Positions 34,833 to 45,626 of a stretch of DNA of 64,000 nt are shown here, piece by piece. The notes under the pieces are model-generated. The model was not told where the DNA came from, did no database searches, and worked only from the letters and a program-made list of their open reading frames with translations. The stretch is from NCBI GenBank assembly GCA_020184695.1, contig JAANOX010000026.1, positions 124,001 through 188,000 of the forward strand, given 5' to 3'. The stretch is from Histomonas meleagridis 2922-C6/04-290x (lineage: Eukaryota; Protista; Parabasalia). The translations under genes were made by a program, and so were the position numbers. Position 1 is the stretch's first letter, and each line of letters begins with the position of its first letter.

Positions 34833-35523
34833 ATATTCATAAAATGTTCAAATGTGATATTAAAGTATGAACATATTAAAATGTGATATTAAAGTTTCCA
34901 ATTCACCATTAATATTTTGATTTTATTTTTTTAGAAGACATGGTTTGGAAAATACGATATAACACAATCTCTGTTTGGGTGGTATAAAGGACACATATTT
35001 TCATATAAAAAAGAAAGTAAATTTTAAATTATCATTAAACCATAAATCACAGTGCAAGCTGAATGAATTTTGAAAATCTTAATATTGTTTTTCATGAATA
35101 TTTTTCATTAATTGTTAAATTTTTGTTAGCATATTTTGCCTTGAAAGAATTTTCATAGAGTCATTCTTGGTTTTTTTAAGAAAAAGATATACAAGATATG
35201 TGATTAATCAAATTTTGAACAAAAATTTTATTTCCCTGTTTTTGCTGATTCACTAATGACATCAATTGATCATCACACAATGTTCAAGCAAAAATGAAAA
35301 AATTTCATAGTTATAGTATAAAATACATTTCTTTTCTAATTCTTCGAAATTAATTTTTTCTATTAGATCTTTTTTAATTTATAGAAGCAAACTGTATTCG
35401 GTAGTTTTTCTAATTTATTTTTATAAATATATGAAAGAAATCATTTCATGTAATTTAATTGTATTTATATATCAGCAGTTAAATACATATTTGAAATGAG
35501 ATTCTTGTTAAAATAAACAGGCT

Positions 35524-35596
35524 GGCCTCGTGGCCCAATGGATAAGGCGTGTCCCTCCTAAGGATAAGATTGCGGGTTCGACCCCTGCCGGGGCCC
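35524..35596 (+). tRNA. tRNA-Arg(CCT)
   Basis: 73 nt: acceptor GGCCTCG/CGGGGCC, anticodon stem TGTCC/GGATA with loop CTCCTAA, T-loop TTCGACC; followed by a T-run Pol III terminator. Confidence 0.95.
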
Positions 35597-35638
35597 TTTT
35601 TTGTTTTTTTTTATCTTGCTGACAATTAATAATTAAGT

Positions 35639-36799
35639 ATGGGCCAAACAGAATCAACAACTTCGGATTATAAAACACAATACTGGCAACGTAACATTAA
35701 GGACCTTTTCACTTCTGTAAGGATTCTGGATCCATTTGATTTTTCTGTTGATTTTATCATTCCTGTTACACATACTTCAGAACATGAAAAACATATTGCA
35801 TATGCCCTGATATCAAAGAAAGGGGAGGTGCAAATGTTGTTACATAATTCTCTTGAAATTTCATTAACAGAAGATTTTGGTGTAGAAATTACCTCTGCTT
35901 GTCGATTTGGAATTGATTCTTTTTTATTAGCATCAAATGCAAGTAAAATATTTTTGGTTACATATATGTACGACAAATTCGAAAAACATGAATATTCAAT
36001 AGAAAATCCAATTTTTTTTCAGCAAATCGATCGTAATTCTTTTGTAATTATAAGCAAGGAACAAGATGTATTTTTAGTTACCATAAATGGCGAAATTACA
36101 AAATTATGGTCTGTTGATGCTAATCAGACAATTATTGAATCCTTTGTTTTTATTGGAGATCCTAAGCCCATCCTTGTTATTTCTACCAAAGAGTCACTTG
36201 TTTTTGGCTTTCTTCAACCGAATTCCATCATTATGACATATGACAAATACTTTAATTCAAAACATTTTACACAACTAAGCTCCACCACACTGTTGTTTTC
36301 ATGTTTATATGAGAATCGGCCCATCGTTTTTTCAGCCGATATTCGTAATGAAGATCTTGTCATTTCTGAATTCAAACCTATTTCTAATATGCCTGATGCC
36401 TCGATTCTATCACTTACTGAAAACAATGCACTTATATATACCAAAAAAGAGATCATTTCATATTCTCCAACACGCCCATATAAAACTTCGTTAAAATTTT
36501 CCAGCAACAACAAAATTTCTCAAATATTACCTATGTTTGAGCCACAAATCTTTTTAATAATCTTCGAGGATGGCTCTGTTTTCGTTTGCAGACATCCGAA
36601 CTTTAACGAGCAAAGAAAAAGTGACATAGAAAAATCCGAGTTAACGAAATATCACTCGGCACCAATTAAGTTAGTTTGCACTGGTGAAGAGTTTTCGTTT
36701 CTTACCTGTGATAATGAAAATATTTGCGTTCTTTGGGAAAGTTTTCCTGATTGGTGGAATGCACCAAATGTATTAAATATGTTTGACTCACCATGTTAA
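35639..36799 (+). CDS. Hypothetical beta-rich (possibly beta-propeller) protein; MG start suggests myristoylation
   Basis: 386-aa ORF; WD-like C-terminal segment (HSAPIK...LTCDNENICVLWE). Confidence 0.55.
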   Translation: MGQTESTTSDYKTQYWQRNIKDLFTSVRILDPFDFSVDFIIPVTHTSEHEKHIAYALISKKGEVQMLLHNSLEISLTEDFGVEITSACRFGIDSFLLASNASKIFLVTYMYDKFEKHEYSIENPIFFQQIDRNSFVIISKEQDVFLVTINGEITKLWSVDANQTIIESFVFIGDPKPILVISTKESLVFGFLQPNSIIMTYDKYFNSKHFTQLSSTTLLFSCLYENRPIVFSADIRNEDLVISEFKPISNMPDASILSLTENNALIYTKKEIISYSPTRPYKTSLKFSSNNKISQILPMFEPQIFLIIFEDGSVFVCRHPNFNEQRKSDIEKSELTKYHSAPIKLVCTGEEFSFLTCDNENICVLWESFPDWWNAPNVLNMFDSPC

Positions 36800-36961
36800 A
36801 TTGACTTTGTCAATAAAATCATTGTTTTCGTAATTTTTAAATTTCGTAATTACATTTGGTGATGAAAAGTTTATTAATTAAGTGTTTTACGATATGAGTT
36901 TAAACTTTCATTATTTTTAAATTGATGTGCTTTTGCGTATTGCTTCAAGCACATTAAATAT

Positions 36962-39607
36962 TTATTTATGACCATTTTCTGATACATGTACAAGTACTAT
37001 TTTAAATAATTTATATAATTTCCAAATATTATTTTGAGATTTAAAACTATTAAAATAAATTTCATATAAAAGAAAGAATTATTTTTAGCATTAATATCAA
37101 TTCCTTCTTGTTCAAGAAGTAATTTAACGATTTCTGTATGATCATTTTCAGATGCTAAAATAAGTGCTGTATCAAATAATTTAAACGATTTCCAAATATA
37201 TTTTTAAAACATTGAATTATTGTTATAAATTTTTAATAAAATGAACAAATATCTTTCGCATTAATATCAATTCCTTTTTGTGCAAGAAGTAATTTAACTA
37301 TTTCTATATGACCTTTTTCAGCTGCACACATAAGTGCTGTATAAAATAATTTAAATAATTTCCAAATATTATTTAAATACATAAAATTATTGAAGCAAAT
37401 TTCAAATAAAAGAAAGAATTTTTTTTAGCATTAATATCAATTCCTTCTTGTTCCAAAAGTAACTTAACAATTTCTGTATGTCCATTTTCAGATGCCCAAA
37501 TAAGTGCTGTTTGAAATAATTTGAATAATTACCAAATGTTTTATTAAAAAATATAATTATTAAGATATGCATTAAATAAAACATACAAATATTTTGAATA
37601 TTAACATCAATACTGTTTTGTTCGAGAAGTAATTTAACCATTTCATTGTCACCATTTTGGGATGCAATCATTAGCAATGTCCAAAATTTTTGGTATAATT
37701 TCCAAATATTATTTTGAATTTTCAAATCATTAAAAAAAGCATTAAATTAAACATATTAATTGATTTAGTATTAATATCAATTCCGTTTTGTTTAAGGAGG
37801 ATTTTAATTATATTTATTTGTTTTTGATTATAAGCCAAGAAAAGTGCTGTTCGGAATACATTAAATAATTTCCAAATATTATTTTGAAATATAAAATAAT
37901 TAAAAAAAATTTGAAATAAAACTAAAAAATATCTTTAACATTGATATCAATTCCATCTTTTTCGAGTAATATTTTAACAATTTCTATGAATCCTTTTTCA
38001 GCTGAATTCATAAGCGCCGTTTTAAATTATTTAAATAAAATTCATATATTATATTGATATTTCAAATTATCAAATTCATCATAAAAATTAACAAATGACA
38101 TTTACTTTTAGTATTTATATCAATTCCTTTTTGTTCAAGAAGTAATTTAACTATTTCTGTATTACCATTTTCAGATGCCCAAATAAGTGCTGTTTTATAT
38201 TATTGAAATGGACTCCTAATTTTATTTTAAAATACAAAATAATTAATATAAATAACATCTAAAACAAATAAAAATCAATAGCATTTATATCAATTCCTTT
38301 TTGTTCAAGAAGTAATTTAACGATTTCTATATTTCTTATTTTAGATGCATAAATAATTGCTGTATCAAATAATTAAAAAGATTTCCATTAGATAATTTCT
38401 AATAAAAAAACATTAAAATAAATTTCATATATCATAAATAAATATTTCTCGAATTAATGTCGATTCCTTCTTGATCTAAAACATATTTAACAAGTTCAAT
38501 ATTTCTTGATTCAATTGAAAAAATTAATATATTTTTAGGAATTTTGTTAATTTCAAGAAAACATTTGACAAGAAATGTATTTCCATTTATTGCTGCTTCA
38601 TTAATGATAGAATCATTAATTTTCATTCCTTTTTCGAGCAAATATGATAAAATTTCGTAATTTTGATAATAAATACATTTCTTTCCAAAATCGTCTAAAT
38701 TTTTAAATTCATTAATTTTGGATTCAAAAAGATATTTAAAGATATCATTTTGATGGAATTTAATTGCGGTGTCAAATGATTTTTTAAATGATGAATGATT
38801 TTGTTCACATAAATGAATAATTTCTTCATTTCCACTTGCAATTGCATATTTACCTGTACCTTCAATGTTTGCTCCATTCATAAGTAAATATTTAAAACAT
38901 TTAACTGATCCGAAAAATGCTGCATAATCAATTAATGTAACATTTTCTTCATCAATAAATGAACATCTTTCATAAAGTGATGGTTTAATAAATTGATTAT
39001 AATCAAAATTTGATTGTGATGATATTTCTTGAAGTTTCTCTATTTCATCTTTTCGAATTATCGATGCAATTTCATTGGGATTAACCCCTTCTTTAATTAA
39101 CTTCTTATGAAGTGCCCAATCATCTTTTTTAAGTTCTTCTAAGTTTACAATTTTATAATATTTTATATCTTCAGCTGCTTCATCGCTTATTTCTTCATCT
39201 GATTTGTGATGTACAAAATATAAATTCATTTTATTTTCAATTGCGCTTGAGTCAAGTAATTGATGATTAATCAAATTTTCAATAAGGAAATAAGATTCTT
39301 TGGTTTCTTTATTAAGAAGAAATTGTTTGAAAACTTCACTAATTTTAAATTTTTTTTTATTGCTTTCTTCAAATGTTTCAATTTCATTTAAAAAATGAAA
39401 ATATAAATCAAATTCTTTAAATGGTCTGTAAAAAGATAAATATATTATTTGACAAATAATTAGATTATAAGAGTATAAGTAATTATCATTAAATATTTCC
39501 AAAATTGAGTGAACTGATTGAGAAACATTGTTATTATTCAGACAATCAACAATTTTATTAATTGAAAGGAGTAAATTCCATTCACTGTTGCTTTTTAGCT
39601 TTTGCAT
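36962..39607 (-). CDS. DUF3447-type ankyrin gene, locus D; intact N-terminal ORF plus 9 loop inserts at 170-bp period
   Basis: ORF 38432-39607; inserts of 74, 74, 77, 74, 74, 74, 74, 74 and 74 nt between ~96-nt ankyrin-coding segments. Confidence 0.85.
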
Positions 39608-39784
39608 CTATGGATACAGTACTTCAAAACTATATAAGTAAAGTTCAGAAAATCAAATTTTGCATGATATAAATCTCATTGGCACCAAAGAAATATACTA
39701 AGAGATTGCACTTAAATTATTTTTAGCATGTTGCAAGCTCTGATTCATCAAATGATATGATTATTTTATTAACATAAAGTCAAA

Positions 39785-39786
<2 letters not shown>

Positions 39787-39817
<31 letters not shown>
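39787..39817 (+). repeat. Poly(A) tract, 31 nt
   Basis: Uninterrupted A run. Confidence 0.9.
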
Positions 39818-39821
<4 letters not shown>

Positions 39822-39849
39822 CATTTAATATGATGATATAAATCGGAAA

Positions 39850-40110
39850 AATTCGAAACACTCATTGGATGTTTATTATAAACAATGAAGAATTCTTCAT
39901 TAGAATTTCTTTTTTTGTATGTGGAGCTGATAGATTATTTTCATTAATTTGATTTATTTTATTATCATAAATTATCCGATAATATGTCATGCTGATGAAA
40001 TTAAATCGCTGCTTCATATGATCCTTTAAATGATGAATGAAATTGCTCGCAAAGCTTGATGATCAAGATCATTCCTGTAATGGAAAATTTACATGAAGAT
40101 AATGATTATT
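39850..40110 (-). pseudogene. Fragment of a sixth DUF3447-type gene
   Basis: Translates as IIKLCEQFHSSFKGSYEAAI*FHQHD, matching the family motif, with stops. Confidence 0.6.
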
Positions 40111-40344
40111 TATATAAATTAAAATTGAAGTATGATTAAAAAATATAACATATTTAAATAAATAAGGTTAGGATGCAAAACGCCCTCCATTTTGCGGTTT
40201 TTGAACGATAGGAAATTTGAAAGGAAAAAAAATGGCAATAAAAAGTCATTTCAAAAAGTGAATAATGGCAAAATATTCTATTGGGGGGTCTGATACTTCG
40301 AAATCATTTTTCTAATAGAAATATTTTAAATTATGATTGATTTA

Positions 40345-41246
40345 TTAAGAAATTTCACCAATTATTGCTTTCCAGCATTTTTCAAATGTATTTCCTATAT
40401 TTCTTCGAAAGCACCATTCATGGATATATGATTTCAGATAATTTTTATCTCTAAATCCATTTTTTATGAGGAATCCTTTTATTAGATTCCATGTACCTTC
40501 TATTTTTTGAGTATTTGCCTCAGTAATTGGATCTACAAAATTTTCTGAGTGATTTACTGTTTTGTGTACACACTATAACCTAAATCACTAAGAGTATTAT
40601 ATGACTTCCATTCATCAGACCAAATTTCTGAATTAGGTCTAACTGTTGAACAAATAATTGGAATGAGAACTTCTTTCGATCTATTTTCGCAAATCTCAGC
40701 AACAACTCTCATTGTTTTACTGTCTATTATGCCAAAAACCCAAATTTCTTCTCTTTCCAATGCACTTCCTTTGTTGTATTTAGCACCGAAAAAATGACTT
40801 TCATTAATTTCGACTATTCCATCATTAAGTAAATTTTGAGCTATATCTTTTCGATATTCTTTTTCTGCAATAGATCGAAAAGGATGAAACCATGTTATTA
40901 CTGATTGTTCACATACACCTGTAATTTTAGATGTAGTTCTTATATCAAAACCTTCTACCCAACATGCCGAAATGTGAACAAATCTTCTTAATGAAAGTTT
41001 TGATTGTGATACCCATGAATCTAATCTGATTGATTTTGAATTTCTGCATTCACTTGAGCAGCATCTATATGCAGCACCATCAGGGTAACTTGGTGAGAAA
41101 TAAACTTTCATTAACGATTGACATTTCGGACATATTTGAATTTGCTGGATATCAGGAATGATTCCCTGCTCAGATACCCATTCGATGAAGCTTTTGTCAT
41201 TTAATTTTAACACTTTCTTAATAATTTCGAATTGCAATTGCATCAA
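40345..41246 (-). pseudogene. Merlin/ISXO2-like DDE transposase, frameshifted
   Basis: CPKC...CCSSEC zinc finger; EINESHF (catalytic D appears as N), SDEWKSY, and in shifted frames VNHSENFVDP...IEGTW and YIHEWCFRR. Confidence 0.85.
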
Positions 41247-41432
41247 TGAAAAAATGATCGACTTTTTAACTACTTTACAAACAAAAAATATGAATAAATT
41301 TTTATCGATAACCGTTATAATAAATCTTATATATTTTATTTAATAAACTTAAATATTATTGTTATGTCAAATATTTTGTCTGTCAAAATATATATATTAA
41401 GATGAATCAAATGCGAGCACCGTAGGTGCGAG

Positions 41433-41490
41433 CGGTTTCGATCGTTATCCATTGAAAAACGAAGTTTTCGATGGATAACGATCGAAACCG
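41433..41490. repeat. Perfect 20-bp inverted repeat inside the Merlin element
   Basis: CGGTTTCGATCGTTATCCAT ... ATGGATAACGATCGAAACCG, with an inner GAAAA/TTTTC stem. Confidence 0.95.
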
Positions 41491-42172
41491 GCCGTCAGGA
41501 TGGTGGATGGGGTGCCCTAATGTGGCATTTCTATTTTTCCTCAAATTTCCTATCGTCCAAAAACCGCAAAATGGAGGGCGTTTTGCATTAGAGCCATAAA
41601 TAATATTAAAAATAAATGAATTATTGATCATATGAACAATATCAGATATCATAAGAAAATAAGTTAAACATATTTAATTGATCAAATTCGATAAAAATGC
41701 ATAATAAGATCAAATAAATAGCTATAAACGATGAGAAAACATGCTAAGTAAAAATTAATAAAATTAACGATTGAGTATTGATTTTCATATGAATATACAA
41801 TGTAATATGATGAAAAAATATTTTAACATACATTAGAGATGAAAAATTATGAAGCAATAAGTAAGTTGATGAATGAATATCATCGAAAAATTGAATGGCA
41901 ATTTTTATTAACATTAATTTTAATATTTGACAATCTCAACATCATTTTGTTCATGTGTTGGTACGAAATGGTCTCATTTTTATTTACACCACTTTTTGTA
42001 TAATTTACATGAATATTGGGTGGCCGAAAAAATAATTGTCGCTATACTCATACTTTTCCAACACAATATTTTGACGACTGAAATTAATTGAAAAATCCAT
42101 TATGTCAAAATATTAATATCTCTTCCAATAGTTCATGTCAAATATAAACCATTCAATTAAGCTAAATTCACT

Positions 42173-42238
42173 CGACGATAGATATACGATAGAACTTTTT
42201 GAACAGATTCAAAAAGTTCTATCGTATATCTATCGTCG
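42173..42238. repeat. Perfect 31-bp hairpin with 4-nt loop inside the IS481EU-like element
   Basis: CGACGATAGATATACGATAGAACTTTTTGAA-CAGA-TTCAAAAAGTTCTATCGTATATCTATCGTCG. Confidence 0.97.
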
Positions 42239-42525
42239 GCCTGTACCAATCACGAGAATTAGTCCGTGGGTTGGTTCTTCACCAACGGTTATGATCGTCG
42301 GATTATAGAATTGTTATTTTGGATATGAATTGGACAACCAAGACGGTTGTGGCCCAACAAGTTCATAACAACCAACAACCAAAGCAGTGACAAGACAAAT
42401 ATAGAGTGAGCGTTGATGTTGTTGAATCGATCACTGATCGATCCAACAACATCGACCTCCAAGCTTATACAAACAAGCTTGGTGAAAGCTCAGTTATACA
42501 AACAAAAGTATTAAATTCATATTGT

Positions 42526-43413
42526 TTATTCGATGTAAACAATATCTGCATCAATTTGCTCATTATAATGTTCCATTGTATTCCATGCATTTAATGGGGT
42601 TAATGGGAAATGGAATTGTTTTTTTAGGCTTGAATGCAGCCATACATTGTTATATTCAGTGATGATTAAATCAATATATGGTATATCAAGAATTCTTCCT
42701 GCTGCACGGGCTTTTTCGAGAGTACTCCAGAATCTTTCGATCTTTCCATTCTCTTCTGGTGTGCGCGGATGAGTTCGAAAGCATTCTATTTTTTTGTCGT
42801 CAAGCACATGTTGGAACTCCTCACCAACAAACTCACCTCCATTATCGATTGTGATTGTTTTTGGCTTTTGCGTTTTTTCCAAAGCATGAATAAGTGCAAG
42901 TGCAGATGCAATAGATGTTTTTTCATCTATCACTTCCCAATGCACAACATATCTAGAACAATCATCTATGAATGCAATCAGATAATATTGAATATTATTG
43001 ATTTTGCTCAAGTAATGGATGTCAGTGTGCCAGAGCTGACCAACATACTTTGCATAAAATCTTTTTAGATGCATTTTTTCTTGTTTTTTCCCACGAAAGC
43101 AATATAGATTATTTTTTAAAAAAATTCTTCTTACATTTCGCTCAGTTGTTAATATACCTCTTGTAATTGCTGCTTGTGTGGTTCTATGAACACCAACATG
43201 GAATGAATTTCTATAATTTAAAACGAAATTTATTTATTCATCTGAGATTTGATTCGGTTTCCTTCCACGCTTCATTGCTCCTTCCATTTTTTGTGCTATC
43301 GCCTGAACTCTGCGTCTTCCAACATTGTGTCTTTTGGCGATATCACGCTGACTTAGACCTTCGATAATGTCAGCTTTGATCAGCTCATCAACATTGACCA
43401 TTGAGTTTATCAT
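42526..43413 (-). pseudogene. IS481-like transposase (HTH + rve DDE core) with one in-frame TAA at codon 60
   Basis: WHTDIHY, IDNGGEF and ENGKIERF triad. The upstream in-frame ATG at 43413 gives an HTH-like N-terminus interrupted only by TAA at 43234-43236. Confidence 0.85.
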
Positions 43414-44038
43414 ATATTTTGAATGACCGAAGGAGTATGTAAAATATTGATTTTATTATTCTGAATTTTATATGTATTTGTATACTTTACGTAAAAGTGC
43501 AAATAAAAGTGACATCGGAGTACCGGTCTTAACCTGTTAATAGCGATAACGGCTTTTTATAAAATATTTTGACACACTCAACTTTTTGAAGTGATAAACT
43601 ATTGAAAAAGTGATGTAAATAAAAGTGAGATCGTTCGTACCACGACAACATCATTTTGTTCAACTTCGATTCAATGTCATTGAATATGATTATTAAATGA
43701 ATGACTGTTATTTTATTCATTGTTTTCATAGAATAGTTTCATTTATTCAGCAAATGAATTTAAAAATTTCAACAATTACTTCCTTAATATTTTGTTTATT
43801 TTTTTTGAATCAATTTAAATTATTGAAATATATTATATTAATATTTATTGGCTTAAAACGTCATCAAATGTTTTAATTTCTGAAGGTGACTTATTGAAAA
43901 TGATTCATTTAAAAACTTTCGATGCAAAACGACATTTTAATCTATCGTAAATATTTAGACATTTTTCAATACACGTCAAAATATCTGTCACTTTTCACTC
44001 CACCTTGCTGCGCAAATAAGATTTTGCCAATTTCCAAA

Positions 44039-44665
44039 ATGCAAGGAAATATACCTACACTAAAAGTTGCTTTTATTGGAGATAGTGGTGTTGGGAAAAG
44101 TGCTATTATTACACGTTTTGTCAATGGAGTATTTGCGCAAGCATTACTACCAAACGTAGCAGGAGATCATTACGAAAAAGTTATGAATGTTGGTGGGCAA
44201 ATAATAAACATTCAAATATGGGATACTGCTGGACAAGAACAATATAAATCAATAGCACCTTTTTATTACAGGAATGCACATGCAATTATAATTGTTTTTG
44301 CTGTTGGAAACAGAAAACCGCAAAACTTAATTGCTCGTGATTCACTTAATTCTGTCAGTGATTGGTATGATCAAATTAGAGAACATAATCGTGATGCAAT
44401 TGTTGTTTTAGTTGGAAATATGACTGATCTTGAAAATCGTGAAATATCATACGATGAAGGAGAACTCAAAGCACACACGCTCCCAGATGTTATTGAGTAC
44501 TTTGAAACAAGCGCTTTGCAGGGCGATGGAATTGATAATGTATTTCAATTTCTTGCCGAACGATTTTTAGATACTCAAGTATTCAATCCAGAACCCGAAC
44601 CAGAACCCGAAACAAAACCGGTTGTAATAACTGAAGCAGATCAAGGTGGTGGATGCTGTTGTTAA
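44039..44665 (+). CDS. Divergent Rab-family GTPase (tandem copy 1)
   Basis: GDSGVGKS, WDTAGQE, ETSA, C-terminal CCC. Likely start is ATG 44039. Confidence 0.9.
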   Translation: MQGNIPTLKVAFIGDSGVGKSAIITRFVNGVFAQALLPNVAGDHYEKVMNVGGQIINIQIWDTAGQEQYKSIAPFYYRNAHAIIIVFAVGNRKPQNLIARDSLNSVSDWYDQIREHNRDAIVVLVGNMTDLENREISYDEGELKAHTLPDVIEYFETSALQGDGIDNVFQFLAERFLDTQVFNPEPEPEPETKPVVITEADQGGGCCC

Positions 44666-44751
44666 AGTAAAACAAAATAAACCATTCAACTTGCATAATT
44701 CAATACTTTATTATATAAAATGGCATTTTTTTCAATTGACAAAACTGTTTA

Positions 44752-45348
44752 ATGAACGTCGTAGATACTACAATTAAAATTGCTATAATAGGAAATTCTG
44801 GTGTTGGAAAGACTGCAATTGCAACACGATATGTCAATGGTTCTTTCTATAAAAATCTGCCCAATGTAGGTGTTGATACATTTCAAAAACAAATCACTTG
44901 TCATGGGGAAACAGTCAAGTTGGTGATTTGGGATACAGCAGGGCAAGAAAAATTTAGGTCAATGATGCCACTTTATTATCATAATGCAAATGTAATAATT
45001 ATCGTTTATGCTGTTGGAAACCATAACCCCAAAATTCCTATCAGCTTAGATTCATTTAATAGTGTTGATGAATGGTATGACCAAATTAAGAATAATAACT
45101 CTCAAGCAATTACTGTTTTATGTGGAAATATGTGTGACTTAGAAGATCGCGATATACCAAATGAAAAAGGAAATGATAAAGCAGAGGAAATTGAAGCACA
45201 GTATTTCGAAACAAGTGCTGCAACTGGCGAAGGAATTGATGAACTATTTGAATCAATCACCCAAATGTATTATAAGCAATGTCAAGGTCAAAATGAACCC
45301 ACTATCAAAATTGAAAAAAATAAAAGCAGTGGATCATGGTGCTGTTGA
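44752..45348 (+). CDS. Divergent Rab-family GTPase (tandem copy 2)
   Basis: GNSGVGKT, WDTAGQEKF, ETSA, C-terminal WCC. Confidence 0.9.
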   Translation: MNVVDTTIKIAIIGNSGVGKTAIATRYVNGSFYKNLPNVGVDTFQKQITCHGETVKLVIWDTAGQEKFRSMMPLYYHNANVIIIVYAVGNHNPKIPISLDSFNSVDEWYDQIKNNNSQAITVLCGNMCDLEDRDIPNEKGNDKAEEIEAQYFETSAATGEGIDELFESITQMYYKQCQGQNEPTIKIEKNKSSGSWCC

Positions 45349-45626
45349 TGTTATGATGTTTGAATGATTTAATTAAACATATATTTTGTTACTTAATGTA
45401 TTTTTGTTTATGTGAAAAATTCTCTATAATTTTTATCCTTTTGTTGAATGGATAATTTTTTTTTTATAAATTCACATCCAAAAAACTACAACTAGTTAAA
45501 ATATTATAAACATAGAACTGACATTTATTGATTCGCTGTAATATGCTAAATAATATTTGGAAAATAAAAAATTCAACTGAATTAAAAAATATTAAAATGT
45601 ATTCTAAATTGAGTATATTTCTAATT

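Larger units (their letters stand above)
40166..41595 (-). mobile_element. Merlin-superfamily (IS1595/ISXO2-like) DNA transposon, 1430 bp
   Basis: GG...CC termini; ~65-bp imperfect TIRs sharing ATGCAAAACGCCCTCCATTTTGCGGTTTTTG; 8-bp TSD ATAAATAA at 40158-40165 and 41596-41603. Confidence 0.92.
41954..43647 (-). mobile_element. IS481EU-like DNA transposon, 1694 bp
   Basis: TGT...ACA termini; ~44-bp imperfect TIRs; 15-bp TSD ACATCATTTTGTTCA at 41939-41953 and 43648-43662; integrase-core transposase. Confidence 0.9.

Noticed and set aside
42407-42492. Hammerhead ribozyme in the three-way junction
   Set aside because: GAAA is present, but the CUGANGA core and the UH cleavage triplet are not in the required positions.
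15361-43236. Stop-codon reassignment (TAA as Glu/Gln/Lys), suggested by in-frame TAAs in locus B, the ankyrin fragment, the IS481 transposase and upstream of PIG-O
   Set aside because: Long single-copy genes contain no internal TAA and commonly end in TAA; the cases are mostly confined to decaying repeats and TEs.
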